NCBI RefSeq assembly: GCF_009834535.1
Contig: NC_045699.1
Coordinates: 37,634,001 to 37,698,000 of the forward strand
DNA from: Camelus ferus
Taxonomy: Eukaryota
Length of the DNA stretch: 64,000 nucleotides
Direction of reading: 5' to 3'
Both the position numbers and the translations under genes were made by a program. Positions 50,080 to 62,186 of the stretch are shown one piece after another. The first letter of the stretch is position 1; each line of letters starts with the position of its first letter. The notes under the pieces are model-generated. The model was not told where the DNA came from and searched no databases. It was given only the letters and a program-made list of their open reading frames with translations.

Positions 50080-50702
50080 TCCACTGCGTTAGTAATTCTG
50101 CTTGGAGCCCTCTCCTGGACATAATTGTCTGCCTACCCAGCATCCAATTACTTGCTTTTATTCCTATCAGAATAATGGTTCTATCAAAGAATCTGCTCTA
50201 TGTTTATACAGATCAAGGGGAAATGGATTTTTTTCTTAGCTCCTGTTACAGCTCATAATTTTTCTAAACAAATCATGTTAATATTGTCTTTGCTATCGAT
50301 TAGTATAGAGAAGGTTATGTGACCAAATTCTGGCCAATGAAATAAAGGGGCAACTTCTGGAGAGATTTTCTCACTTCTATAAAGGAATTATGAGAATAAG
50401 AATTACCTTTTTCTTATGGCTCTGCCATTTTGGATACTCTTCCATCCATTCTGTAACTGTATGAGTCCAGAGGACAAATCCAAACTACTGAGAATGTTGC
50501 AATAATTAACTGTAAAGAAATCATAACATCCAGGATATCACTGACGCTAAAACAGCTAGTCAACATCATAATGTGCCTTTACTGACAGCCATCCTCCCTA
50601 GGGACTTCAAGTTATTCAAGGTAATAAATGTGTTTGATGGTTTCAGCCATTATGAATGAGTCAATGTTCCTGGTACTTAGGTTCGAAAACATCCTTAACA
50701 CA
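50080..50702 (+). mobile_element. MaLR LTR (MLT1I/J-like)
   Basis: tatgtgaccaaattctggccaatgaaata...ttcaaggtaataaatgtg...tcagccatt...aaaacatccttaaca. 5' boundary approximate. Confidence 0.55.
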
Positions 50703-53700
50703 GGACTTTTAACACTGCCCTATTGGGACTCTTTAATATCCATTTACCACCCATATTTATACATCATAACAGAAATAAATATAACTGTCTTCACTCCACT
50801 CCCTAATTCCTTTTCTATTCTTGAGATGTAACCACTTTTAACTCTTTGTTTTGTTTTAATGGTCATCATAATTCTAAGTAAGCTTCTTAACATTTATTGA
50901 TTGATTGATAAATTTTAGGTAATACATTTTGATTTCCAGCTGTAAAATTTAATTATTACCCTCTTAGTCACCTTCAATTTCCTTTTCACTCATCTACCTT
51001 CAGATTTTTAGAATTTTTCTCCTTCCACTTCTTCCCTCACTCTCAATTTCTGTGAACTCTTCTATCTTGTCAAAGTTCAAAACAGGTACATTAAAGCTTC
51101 TGAAATTTTTCTAAAATAATTTGAAAACATTAAAAATCACAAGTTGTTTACAACTGATGATATAAATGTTGGTCACTAAAGAGTCAATTAGAATGAATGG
51201 GCTTGGAAACAGACACAATTCTAGGTTCATAAATTTATGCCAATTAACATAGAATATTTCAAGCACTAAGATCAAACAGATTCCTTTTCAGTATATTTCC
51301 TCACATTACATTTTAGTTTGCTTCATCTTTGAATCATGATGCTCTTGTTTTTCTTTTCTTGGAAGATCGGATTACTTTTTCATTTTCTCTGAAAAGAAGC
51401 ATAGCTTCATCTTCTTATTACAGGCTTCTGAGTCTCTTGATTGCCACCCCGCAAATACTGCCCCAAACCAAAGGCCCAAGACAGTATCCTTTTAAAAGCC
51501 CTTTCTACTTCCTGGTCTAAATTGGGCAAAAGTCTATGTCAGTTGCACATGTGCTTTTCTGGAATTTTTTTTTTCAGATAAAATTCTGGATTTCTTCTAT
51601 TGCTTTGCATCTGCTATTTTCCTTTTTTTTTTTTGGGAGGGGGTCTTTGTTTTTTGTTTGTATGTTTGTTTTGCTGGACCAGAACCATAAGTTTTAAAGA
51701 TCTGTACAGGACTAACATTCTGTCTTTGCCTAACTATATATACACATGCATTATTTTTTTTTGCCTTATAAATGAGTTGTAGTTTCCAGATTCAAATTCT
51801 GAGTACATGTCTTAATTTCTAACACTGAGTATCACTCTTAGAAGTCTGATGCCAATGTGAAAAAATTTTGTCTTTCTAAGTATCTGATTTTCTTTCCTAG
51901 AAGATTTTGAAATACCTCTTTACACCTGAAGGTCAGGAATTTCAGGATGATGCATTTAATTTTGGATTTTTCTTCATTGGTTCACTGATTCCTTTCTTAC
52001 CTTATTCTACAATAGACCTCTACTGCCTGTACAATAGACCTCACAGTCAGATTTTATATTTATTGTTTACTTGCTTTGGAATCATACTTCTAATTAGCAA
52101 GAATTGTTTCTTACTGTATAAAATATTCTCTTAACTATCTCTAAGAACGTTCATTGTAATTGGCAATATGCTCTCTTAGTTTCATTCATTTGCTGTATTC
52201 TTCCAGTCAATTGTTTTATTTTCTTAGATCTCTTTCAATCCTTTACTCACAATATCTTTCCACCAAACAGAAGGCTGTAGGAGGGCAGAGGAAAGCACAG
52301 ATTAAACATTCAGGTGAGAAGGCAACAGGCAGAGGTAAGCCATTGGTTCTGAAAATGCACTAAGTTCAGAGTGAGCAGGTCGTACCAGAGTCATAGGGAG
52401 TTGTCTGGAGGGCAGCGATCAGTAGCACTAATTGGAGGGCTGCCCAAGGTACACACGGAATGCTAGGAAGGTATACCCTTCTAGGTTGCCTCTCCATTAT
52501 CCAAGTTGACAGAGCTCTGGCCACAGCACTTGCTCAAACTTGAATAAGACAGCAGAAAGCTGCTTTCTGAAGAAAGTGGTAGACATGTGATAGGGATGCT
52601 GGGCTTGGAGAGAGAAGAGTAGTGGTATTAAACATAGAAAGATATATCTGATACACTGATTGACAGCAAATAAGAAACTGAAGTGACACAATACCATTCC
52701 CTTCTCAGCTAGGAATTGAAAGCTCGCATAGAAAGTACCATAATTTTGTGAATCATATGTCTCTGAAACACACAGAAAATACTTAGATGTTCAAACTTTA
52801 AGCCTTTTTGCTAACATCCTTCACTGAGCCATTCAGTAAGACTCAAAGATGTCCCCAAGATTTTCTCATGGATCTCCTCAGGTTTCTTAAACAGATGAAT
52901 GTATACGTACATGGGTACATAAAGCTGGCTTACATCTACAATAACTAGTATCTATTCTGAGGTAATTTGCAAGTTTATGTACTGTTATTATATTATATAC
53001 CTTAAGCTAAATTTTGTTCATTTTTCTTTTATTCTTATAAAGTCATACCTAAGAGTAAGGGGCTTTTCCTAAAATAAACTTGTGAAGAAATCTAAAAAAA
53101 CAAAACAAAAAGTGATTGGTGTGACCATAAAGACCAGTAATATCCCATAATTTAAACTGGCATCTATAAAAAGCTTAAGAGTTATTGTTTTCTAAAGACT
53201 TTCTTTTTAATTATTGCTCTCCTTGAATTATATGTGAAGTGAGCACTAGGAGTCAGGTTTCACACTAAGCCAAAGGCACAGTCCTTGGCCCTTCCTGATT
53301 TCAAATAGCCCATTCATTATAGGCAAGGCTAGATTCAAAAGAACTGGGAAAAACATTTTCTTACATTCCTGCCTTGCACCGTGAAACAGGAACTTGGGCC
53401 AACACTTCCATCCAGTCAGGGAAGTACCAGGGAGGAAAATTCCCCTATTTTCACCATTCTTACTCTCTCCTCCCCATGAGAAGAAGAGTGACCTGACTAA
53501 TCGGTGTACTGGGACAAAAGTTACAGCTCACAGGTGACCTGCATTCTCAGTCTCAGCTTTCTTTCTCTTTTCTCACCCCCCTCTGCCATCAAGTTTTCCC
53601 CCAGTGATGTGCATTCTCTCCCGTCGTTCCTGCTCTCATGCATAAAGCACACGTGAATTCAAACAAGGTCACAGCTCTTTCAGCTCTAGCTTACTGTGTG

Positions 53701-56700
53701 CTGGGGTACATTAAAGGTCATTATTCTCCAGGAGGCTGAATAGGTAGCTTTCTGTTCAAAACATCCAGCACTCCTAACAAACATTCCCCAAGGATGAGTT
53801 GGGAAAGCAGGATGAATTAGGAAGTCTCATTTTGTTCTCAAAGTCCATGTTTCTTCTACTAATATATTAACAATTTTAAGAGGTGTTATATTTTAATTCT
53901 TATCTCATTTTTTGCAATTCTTCTCAATTTGATTAGAGCTCAGAAGGCAGGGGTGGGGATAAATATTAGCATCTCACCAATCCCTAACAATCAGTAAGAA
54001 AAAAATTTTAATAATCATTGACAAAGATCCTTTCTTAAAAAGAAAATCAAATCTTCTTATATACCAAAAATGTCTTTGAACTGCAAGCCCGTGTAATTTT
54101 TTAAAAATAGGCAAATACCTCTACTCAGCTTTAATTTTCAGAATGTACCGACAAAATTATAATCGCTTATGTTTCAAAGAATCATTGAGTGGCAGAATCA
54201 TCTCTCATTTGAATTAGTACAGGCAAAACAAGATAAAGCTTTGCAGCTCTGTCATAGGCAAAATTTCCTTGGTATAAAAGTACAATTATCTTTTTTCCCT
54301 TTTGGGGAATCAAAGGTGCTGCGTATAGCACCGCGAGGGTTAACATTACAGTGCTCACTTTGCTGTGCAAGCTGAAACAGCTTATTGTAGACCCTCTGCC
54401 CATAGGCCAGTATTTGATAGAAACCTTGTACTTTAGGGAGTTTTAAATGTCTCTGGTAACTTTCTGCAATTATCCCTCGTTGAATTAGCAGAATCAGTAG
54501 GGCACCCAAAGAGGCCCCTGTGAATTTCCGCTTGTTACCTTGGGGGTGTTTTTAGTTTCTTAAACCTTCCAGGGTTGTTAATCCTGCAGTTTTAAAGTTA
54601 AAATGGCTGTTGTATGTAATGCAATGTTGTACGTATGCTTTCGAGGTCTCTGATAACTAACATTCTGCAATGTCCTTTGTTTTATTAACCAGACCACTGG
54701 GGCTATCCCACTCTGTCCCTATATTTCGTATCCTTTCCCTGTAGGCTCAAAGGCAGCCATTTAAGACATCCTTAAATGTTTCAATTACATACAAGACCCA
54801 CTTTAGCTCTGAGACTGCAGGACCATCAGCCTTTCCAAGAGTTGACATATCTAGAGACCAATCAGGAAGTCACAGGAGATAATAGTTGTGTCTGTTAATT
54901 CAGCAAGAAATAACTGTACAAAACCAGGACATATTCTCTTTAAATGCTGGCCACCTCCTTTCACTGCTTATGCCTTTCCATTTACCTAAATATTCCTAGT
55001 TTAGTGTCCTATGTCAGTCTTCTAAGCATTAACTTATGATTTATTAAACTGCATGAACCAAAAATAATCTTATTTTTAGAACTTCTACATTTACAAAAAA
55101 GATTATGTTACTTTGTTGGAAAATTTCTGAAGCTCCATTTTAAATACTCATCCTATTGATTCTATAGTTCTTTATGGCTTTCCAAGGAGTATAAAAAACT
55201 CTGTTAACTGCGAAGTGTTAAGTCAGTTCTAAAGCAGAGAACGATGGGAGAATGCATTAATAGGATACATTTCTTCCTAATGTACTTTAGTTGCTCTGAT
55301 TCTAAGAAACTGCACCTGTGAGTTAGAAAGGATGAAGGGGAAAATTATTACTCTCAGATTTTGCTTTTATAAATAATCTTCTACAGAGAAAACACTATGG
55401 AGAGAGCATTCTCCATGATACTTTATACTCATATCTTATGTCAGAAAAATATATTTGAATGATTAGTTGGTAGTAAAAATATATTAAGAAGAGAAAAATT
55501 CTCCATTTTGCTCTCTGCACCCATGGCAACCCAGCGTTTTTTTTGCCAAAAATTCTTTCCAAACCTCAAGAAAACAAAAGTAATGTTGTCATTATTTACA
55601 TAATTTAGTTTAATTTGCATAACTGGGGATAAAGTCTGAAATAGAATAGTCATATTTTATTTTCTGCATGTCCTTTGAGACCTTTGGGACTCACTGAATC
55701 AATATGTGAAGGATGTCTATGTATTCAATTGAAGCTTAGAGTTTTGCTATAAAGAGTGATTACAGATGTTTCTGGTTGATCTAATTTTGCATGTACAGAA
55801 TTTTCCTTTTCTTGGTATTACCTCTAACTGACCTTGTGTGTGTCAATATACAATCTATTTATAAAAAGTCTAATTATTTTGAAGTTTCCATAATGAATTA
55901 TGACGGAAAAACCACAAGATTTTTGGAGCAGATATGATTTTTAATGCAATGGTAGGCTTTCTAGGATCATTTTCTTAGTTTTGTTTTTGAAAAATGAATG
56001 CTTCACTAGAACAAAATCACCATTTGCAGAATTTTACAATGTGCAAAATCCCAAGTACCACATTAGTTTCTATGGAATATCTCAAACATGTCCTGGGACC
56101 ACTATAATAATAACGTATATGCCAATTAGAAGAAAATCTACCCTGCCATCACAGCAATCCTTCCTACATTTGTTAGCACTTTCCTGTTACTTTGTGTTGT
56201 AATTATCTTTTTTACATACTTGTCTCAATTAGGCGCAGAGATCAGATGTAATAAAGAGGTTTAGCACATCAAAGACATTCAAGAGCTTTTCTAGTTAATG
56301 AATAAATGGACTATCAAATGTTGAAATAAAATTTTTATTTATTGCATACAGTATTTTTCCACATTGTATTTATATCATATTGAAATAAAGTTTGTATTTC
56401 CTCCACTAGTGACATCTGGAAGTAAGGCTGGCATATTTATTCTGAGATGATAAGATTACTTGGCAAAATGCTTTGCCACTGACGTTTCACCAAATACTTG
56501 ACTCTTCACTCTTTCCCACTTCATCTGCCTAATTCTTATTTTCTTAAGTCTGACCACACATTGCTCTTTGTCCAAATCTTGCTCCCACAATTCTAGAGTG
56601 GTCTCAGAGAGCCATTTTCTGGTTCTTAACTTTTACAAGTAATAACTCAATGATTACACTTTAAAAAAATTCTAAGAGCTGCTACCAATACATTTTCAGC

Positions 56701-59179
56701 AAATTCTTCCTTACTTCTCTTTTTTGAATTTTAATATATACCATACAAAGTTTTTTTTGTTTTAGCTCTTAGACCTCACCATTTTTAGGTAGTGTATTAA
56801 TTTCTCTAAGTATCCATTCCTCCTATAAATCTCCATATACCTCTTGCCAAACTCATGGGGAAATCACTATATTTTTATATAGAACAGTAAGACTTTGCTA
56901 TCTAAATGTTTAATCAGTGATTATGAAAATTATTTTTAATGTCTTAAGCACAGAAAAAAACAAGACTTGCATTTCTAAGAACTAGTTTATATACTGGTAG
57001 AATAACAGTTAATCCTCTATGAACATCTTTCTGTCTTCTCAAGTTTCAGGAATTTAGTGAATTCTATTTTCTTTCTTACACATTCAGCAACTATTACACA
57101 ACAACCTTCAGTAACTATTTTCTGTTTTCTTGATCATTATCATTTTAAGACATTTTAAGTATTTTGGAAATACTTTATAATTTAGCTTAATTGAAATAAT
57201 ATTCTTTTATTCAATAATTAACAAAAGTCTAAGTATTTATACTGGTGGAATTTATCTGTTTATCCATATCTAATTCAGTTTTGTTCTAATTACTATAAAC
57301 TATACAAAGACAATAGCAAGTCTAAGCCATAGAACTTTTTGCTATAGATGGAAAGAGGGCTGCATTCTCATACAGCTTCCAATTAAGCTTCTATCCTGTG
57401 GAGAAAAATATCATATACACACACACACACATGCTTCCCCAACCACCCAAATTTACAGTATGATTTATACTTTCTTTAAGAAGAAGTGAATCTGTGAATA
57501 TGAAAACAAAAATGGTTTGGGATGTGAGAATTTTTTTTAAATTTAACTTTCTCTGCTGGTAGTTTTTTCTCTATGAAATCCATATTGTAAACAATTTCAA
57601 AAAAAAGATACGCCAAGAAGATGACAAGAATGTTAGAGTTCTCTCCTGCATACGATTATTTAACCTAAGCCACCTCAACTGTGAAAACTGTGGCTGCAAC
57701 TTTGAGAAAACATTTTGAATGTGACAGCAAAATTACTTTGTGATGTTTATACATTTTTCATAATGTTGTTCCCAGTAGAACTGATTTCTATATTTCTTAC
57801 AGCAATGGTATGAAGAATCAGCCTTTTAAAAGGATCAGAATTTGCTGACGCTGCATGTGGAGTGCCTTGTTAGCTAAGAGACAATGCTGTGGTTAAATGC
57901 AGCATAGTAATAACTTTGAGGAATTAGGAGGTATCAAGGAAGGGAGTTGTATGGCTCTATATGTTCACATTTGTGCTAGAGAAAAGGAGAGAAACGAGAA
58001 ACAGGAAAACACTGAGGTAGACAGAAATGAAATAAGACAGCTTGGGCAGAGGACTCAAACAATGTACCACTGAGTTCGATAAATCTATACTTATTTTTTA
58101 CATCCTGCAAGGTCATAGATGACGCTGACACTGGTCTCCTAGCAACCCACTCTACTAACCTACTTTTGTCCCAATCACTGGAGAATGGGTTTGGTGCTTT
58201 GAGCTGTGTTTCAACATGAAGAAGAAAGAATCAAAGTGATGCTAGGTAACTACTGAGGGGTGAAATAAAAAATGTGTGCACACAGACACACATACACCAT
58301 TTATGGACTCTTTCCTATCTAAGTCTATGAAGTTCACAGTGGTCTTTCTACAAATTTCCTATAATTGAAAATAAATGTCCAATTGTCACAGAAACATTGT
58401 ATTTAAAGAAATCTGAAATGCCAAGTCTGTGGTAACACACATAATAACTTTAATACATTTGTTTGTGAGACATATAAAGTATATATCAACATTGCTAGTA
58501 CCAGGATCTAATTGGAAAAATGAACTAAGCAAATATAAACTTAATTCTAATATAGATGTTATTACTTTTAAGTTTAATGTTGTAAAAGTAAAATTTTTAT
58601 AAATTGTAAATTGCTGATTTATCACATTTTGTCATTTAAGTCCAAAGGCAGTATTTTCAGAATTAGTTTCTGTGACTCTAAATTTTACAGACTATGTTTT
58701 CTATTGAGTTACATGTTTTCTTCCTTTTTTGAGTTACATTGTTATAGGATCTTTTGGTTCTATAATTCCAAGTTGTCACATGACTTTCCTATCTCTACAA
58801 TTCTATTGGTATCTTTCTTAATTTTCTTGGAGGTCTTTTCAGTCTTTGTTCATAGACTTATAAAGATGATGAATATATTTTACCCTATTTTGAAATATGT
58901 TACATTATTTAAAATAATTTATTTCATCGGATGATGAAAGTTTTTTTCTATTTTGTCCATTTGACTTCTTAAAAGGGAGAATAATGTTGATTAGAATTTC
59001 CTAGTGAGAGCTGATCTAGTAAAACATGAATTTGAACTCAGGAATCTCTTCTCCAAAATCGGTAATGCTCAGACTATTTGCACACTGAGGGACAGCTCAT
59101 TCAGGTTTGCTTTACTTAATATGATTTTTGCCTTTAGTATTACAGCTGCACAATACAGATGCTAGACCTCCCACTCATC

Positions 59180-59760
59180 CCCTTCTATTCTCAACTCTTG
59201 AAAATGCACTCAAGGTTTCTCTTAGTTTCTTATGCTCCTTCTTAAAATGTAAGTTTCAGGACTGAATGAAATATTCTAGAAGTGGTCTTGCCAGTGTGTA
59301 GAACTGCATACTTACTTTATCCTTGACCAATACATGCCTTACTTTCAAAAAGGCACCCTCAATTACCTTTGTTTTTTTTTGGAAAGCATCACACACTAAT
59401 ATGGCAAATGAAAGTGCAATTTTTTTTTCCAGAACTGCTGTTAATCTATCACCCTCATTGCATATCTGTGCAAAGACTGAGTATATAGTTTGAGTCTATG
59501 AGAGAAAACTTATAATCCTTTTTGTTAAATGGATTTTTTATGTCATGGATCACAGTTTCAATATGTTGAGATGTAGTTTTCAACCCTGACTCAGTTGTGT
59601 AAACAATATCCCTTTTTTTTTTTTCTGTCACATGAACATGCTACGTGTGCCATTAAATACTCTTTCACAGGGTTGATAAAAACTATTGACAAAAACTTTA
59701 GTTTCAAGGTAGTATACTGAACACATCTATTTGTCTTCCCTGTTCTCCAAAATCTGAATA
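59180..59760 (-). mobile_element. CR1/L3 LINE ORF2 relic
   Basis: Antisense CR1-like wording (ggactgaatgaaatattctagaagtggtcttgccagtg; gttgataaaaactattgac). Confidence 0.5.
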
Positions 59761-60119
59761 AAATTCCCAAATAATATAAGATAAAAAAATATATAGCCAT
59801 ACTAAAAACAAACAAAAAAAAAGATATTATTAAAAATGAAAAAAAAAATAAAGCAGAAGAGACAAACTGACAGTCATCAGGAACTGGTCCTCCTGATAGG
59901 TGCAACTGCTTGCTGAGTAAAGTGAGGAGGTAGACATTGAAACACATCACTGTGAAATAATAATTCAAAACTTTAATAACTCAAATGCAATGTTTGCAAA
60001 ATTTTACGTAAGTTTGACTATCTTCCAGTAAGCGCATAGAATAAAAAAAATGAACACTCCAGTAAAAATAACGAAGAGACACAAGTGTGCAATTTGAAAT
60101 AGAAATAAAAATAAATAAT

Positions 60120-60560
60120 AAATATGAAAAATATTTAATCTCACTATTAATTAAAGAAAATTACATTCAAAAAAATTGAGGTTTAAATTAGCCAATATTG
60201 ACTGGCAAAAAGTGAAAAGAGCTCAAAGTTATTAAAGACAAAAAATCAGAAACTCTCATTAAATACTGGTGCTAAGAGTAAACCACTGGGTAAGTGAGCT
60301 AACAGTATTTATTAATAGGGTTTTAAATATGCACATTTTTAGTTTTGTTTTATTTCATTTTAAAACATGCATACTTTTTTGAAAAGCAATTATACATCTA
60401 GTACTCAGTCTAAAAAAAAAGAGTGAATGAATAAATTTACAGTTAAAAGAATGTTAATATAAACTTTTATGGGTAAAACAAACCATGAAAACAATAGTCA
60501 TCAAACCTGGAAAAAAAAATAGTCATCAATATAGTTTTTACTATGTGAAATGTGATTTGT
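60120..60560 (+). mobile_element. Very old L1ME-like relic
   Basis: aatctcactattaattaaagaaa; cagaaactctcatt; gcaattatacatctag. Weak similarity. Confidence 0.4.
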
Positions 60561-60949
60561 TTAAACAAATGAAACAATGGTTCAAAATCAAACAAATCAA
60601 AGACAGGAGAACATGGTCTCAATTATTCTAAGTAAACTGATGGGTACGCCCAGTAATTATCACTTCCTTCCTTCATCTCCCTAAAATTGTTCAAAGTCAC
60701 CTCTTTGTTCCATGGATGAATGTCAAACTCACCAAATGTGGGTTTCCACAATCAACTTTGTTATTTCTCTAAAATTGATTACATTAGCCCATATCCAGTT
60801 GTCTAGCAAATTTCTCATTCTTTGTATATCTGATTCACCACAAAAAGTGCTTTTGCAGTTATATGATAGTTTTATAATACCTCTTCCTACACAGTCTAGT
60901 ATTGTGCATAGGTATGGATTTTTAATTTTACAAGCTACTTTTGTGTGAG

Positions 60950-61110
60950 CACGAGCATTTTATTTAATCTCTCTAGCATTGGCTTTTTCAATTATAAATC
61001 CAGAAGATAATATCTGTTTCATAGGGCTCTTAGGAAGGTTAGAAATTTATGTAAATTGCTGAGGACAGTTCCTGACACATAGTAGGCACTCAACAGTGGT
61101 GATAACTATA
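60950..61110 (+). mobile_element. MIR SINE
   Basis: tttaatctctct...tcatagggctcttaggaaggtta...cagttcctgacacatagtaggcactcaaca. Confidence 0.75.
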
Positions 61111-62186
61111 AAAATGTTTCCTCCTCTATTTGGTCCAAAGGTATTAATTAGCCCTGTTGGCTTCAACGTTATAGTTTGACGGAGAATTATCTTCTATAAA
61201 ATGTATAAAAGCAAAGTAGAAGCAAGTAGTTCTGCTTTCCATCTCCTATGATCACTACAAGACCTCTTTGTCAGAAGCTGGATTACATCTCCTGTTTAAG
61301 GTTTTTTTCCTTTCCTGTGGGTAGAACTCTAAAACTGTTCTTTTTACTTCCATTATTACATTGTTCAATTGATAACTCTTTCTTGCTGACAATATTTTAA
61401 CAGCCCCTTGCCACTATTTCTAAAAAACCTCAAGTATATATCTTTCTCCCTTCCATTCTTCTATGTAATGCTATATCCTAATCTCTTCAAGGAATTACTT
61501 TCACAGTTTCAATGCCTTGTTTTTTAGAGGTGTTTCTTCTTTAAGATTAAAATCTACTCTTATGTTTAAATTTTTAAAACTCCCCTGAAATTAGAGGCTG
61601 TGATTATCAAACACACCCACATTTTCTCAGAGCATTTTGACATCTGCTTTCCGCCAATGTAGAGTACGTATATCTAATGAGTATTCTCCCTTTAATTTCT
61701 ATGAACTCAGTAAGACCAGCCCTTAGAAGAACTGGCCGTATGTGTCTTTTTTTGTGAAGAATCTCTGTATTTCTATGAGACGAAGTAGAGGATGGGAAAG
61801 GGTGTAGCATCATTCAATCCTGACTTCTAACTCTCAGAGAATCCTATTAATGCACCAGAAACAGCAGTAGTAGTCAAGATGGCCTGATAATACACCAAAT
61901 CATGTGGACTCACTTATTTCTTCTTTTAACTGGTTATTTGTCATATGTTATTTGGTTAGCCAAAGGAAGGCACACACATAAAAAAGCATCACAAAATGAG
62001 AAGGTCCTTTTTGGTTAATAAATCAAAAGACTGTGACTTTTGAAATTGAATCAAAAGTCAAAGTCACCCTCAGATAGTTCCCAGAGGAAACAATAGTGAA
62101 ATTGAAGAGGCTAAGAATGAGCAAAGAATGTAAATGAGCTTCATCACTTGAAGCAGAATATTTGTCATTAAAATATGCAGAATCCA

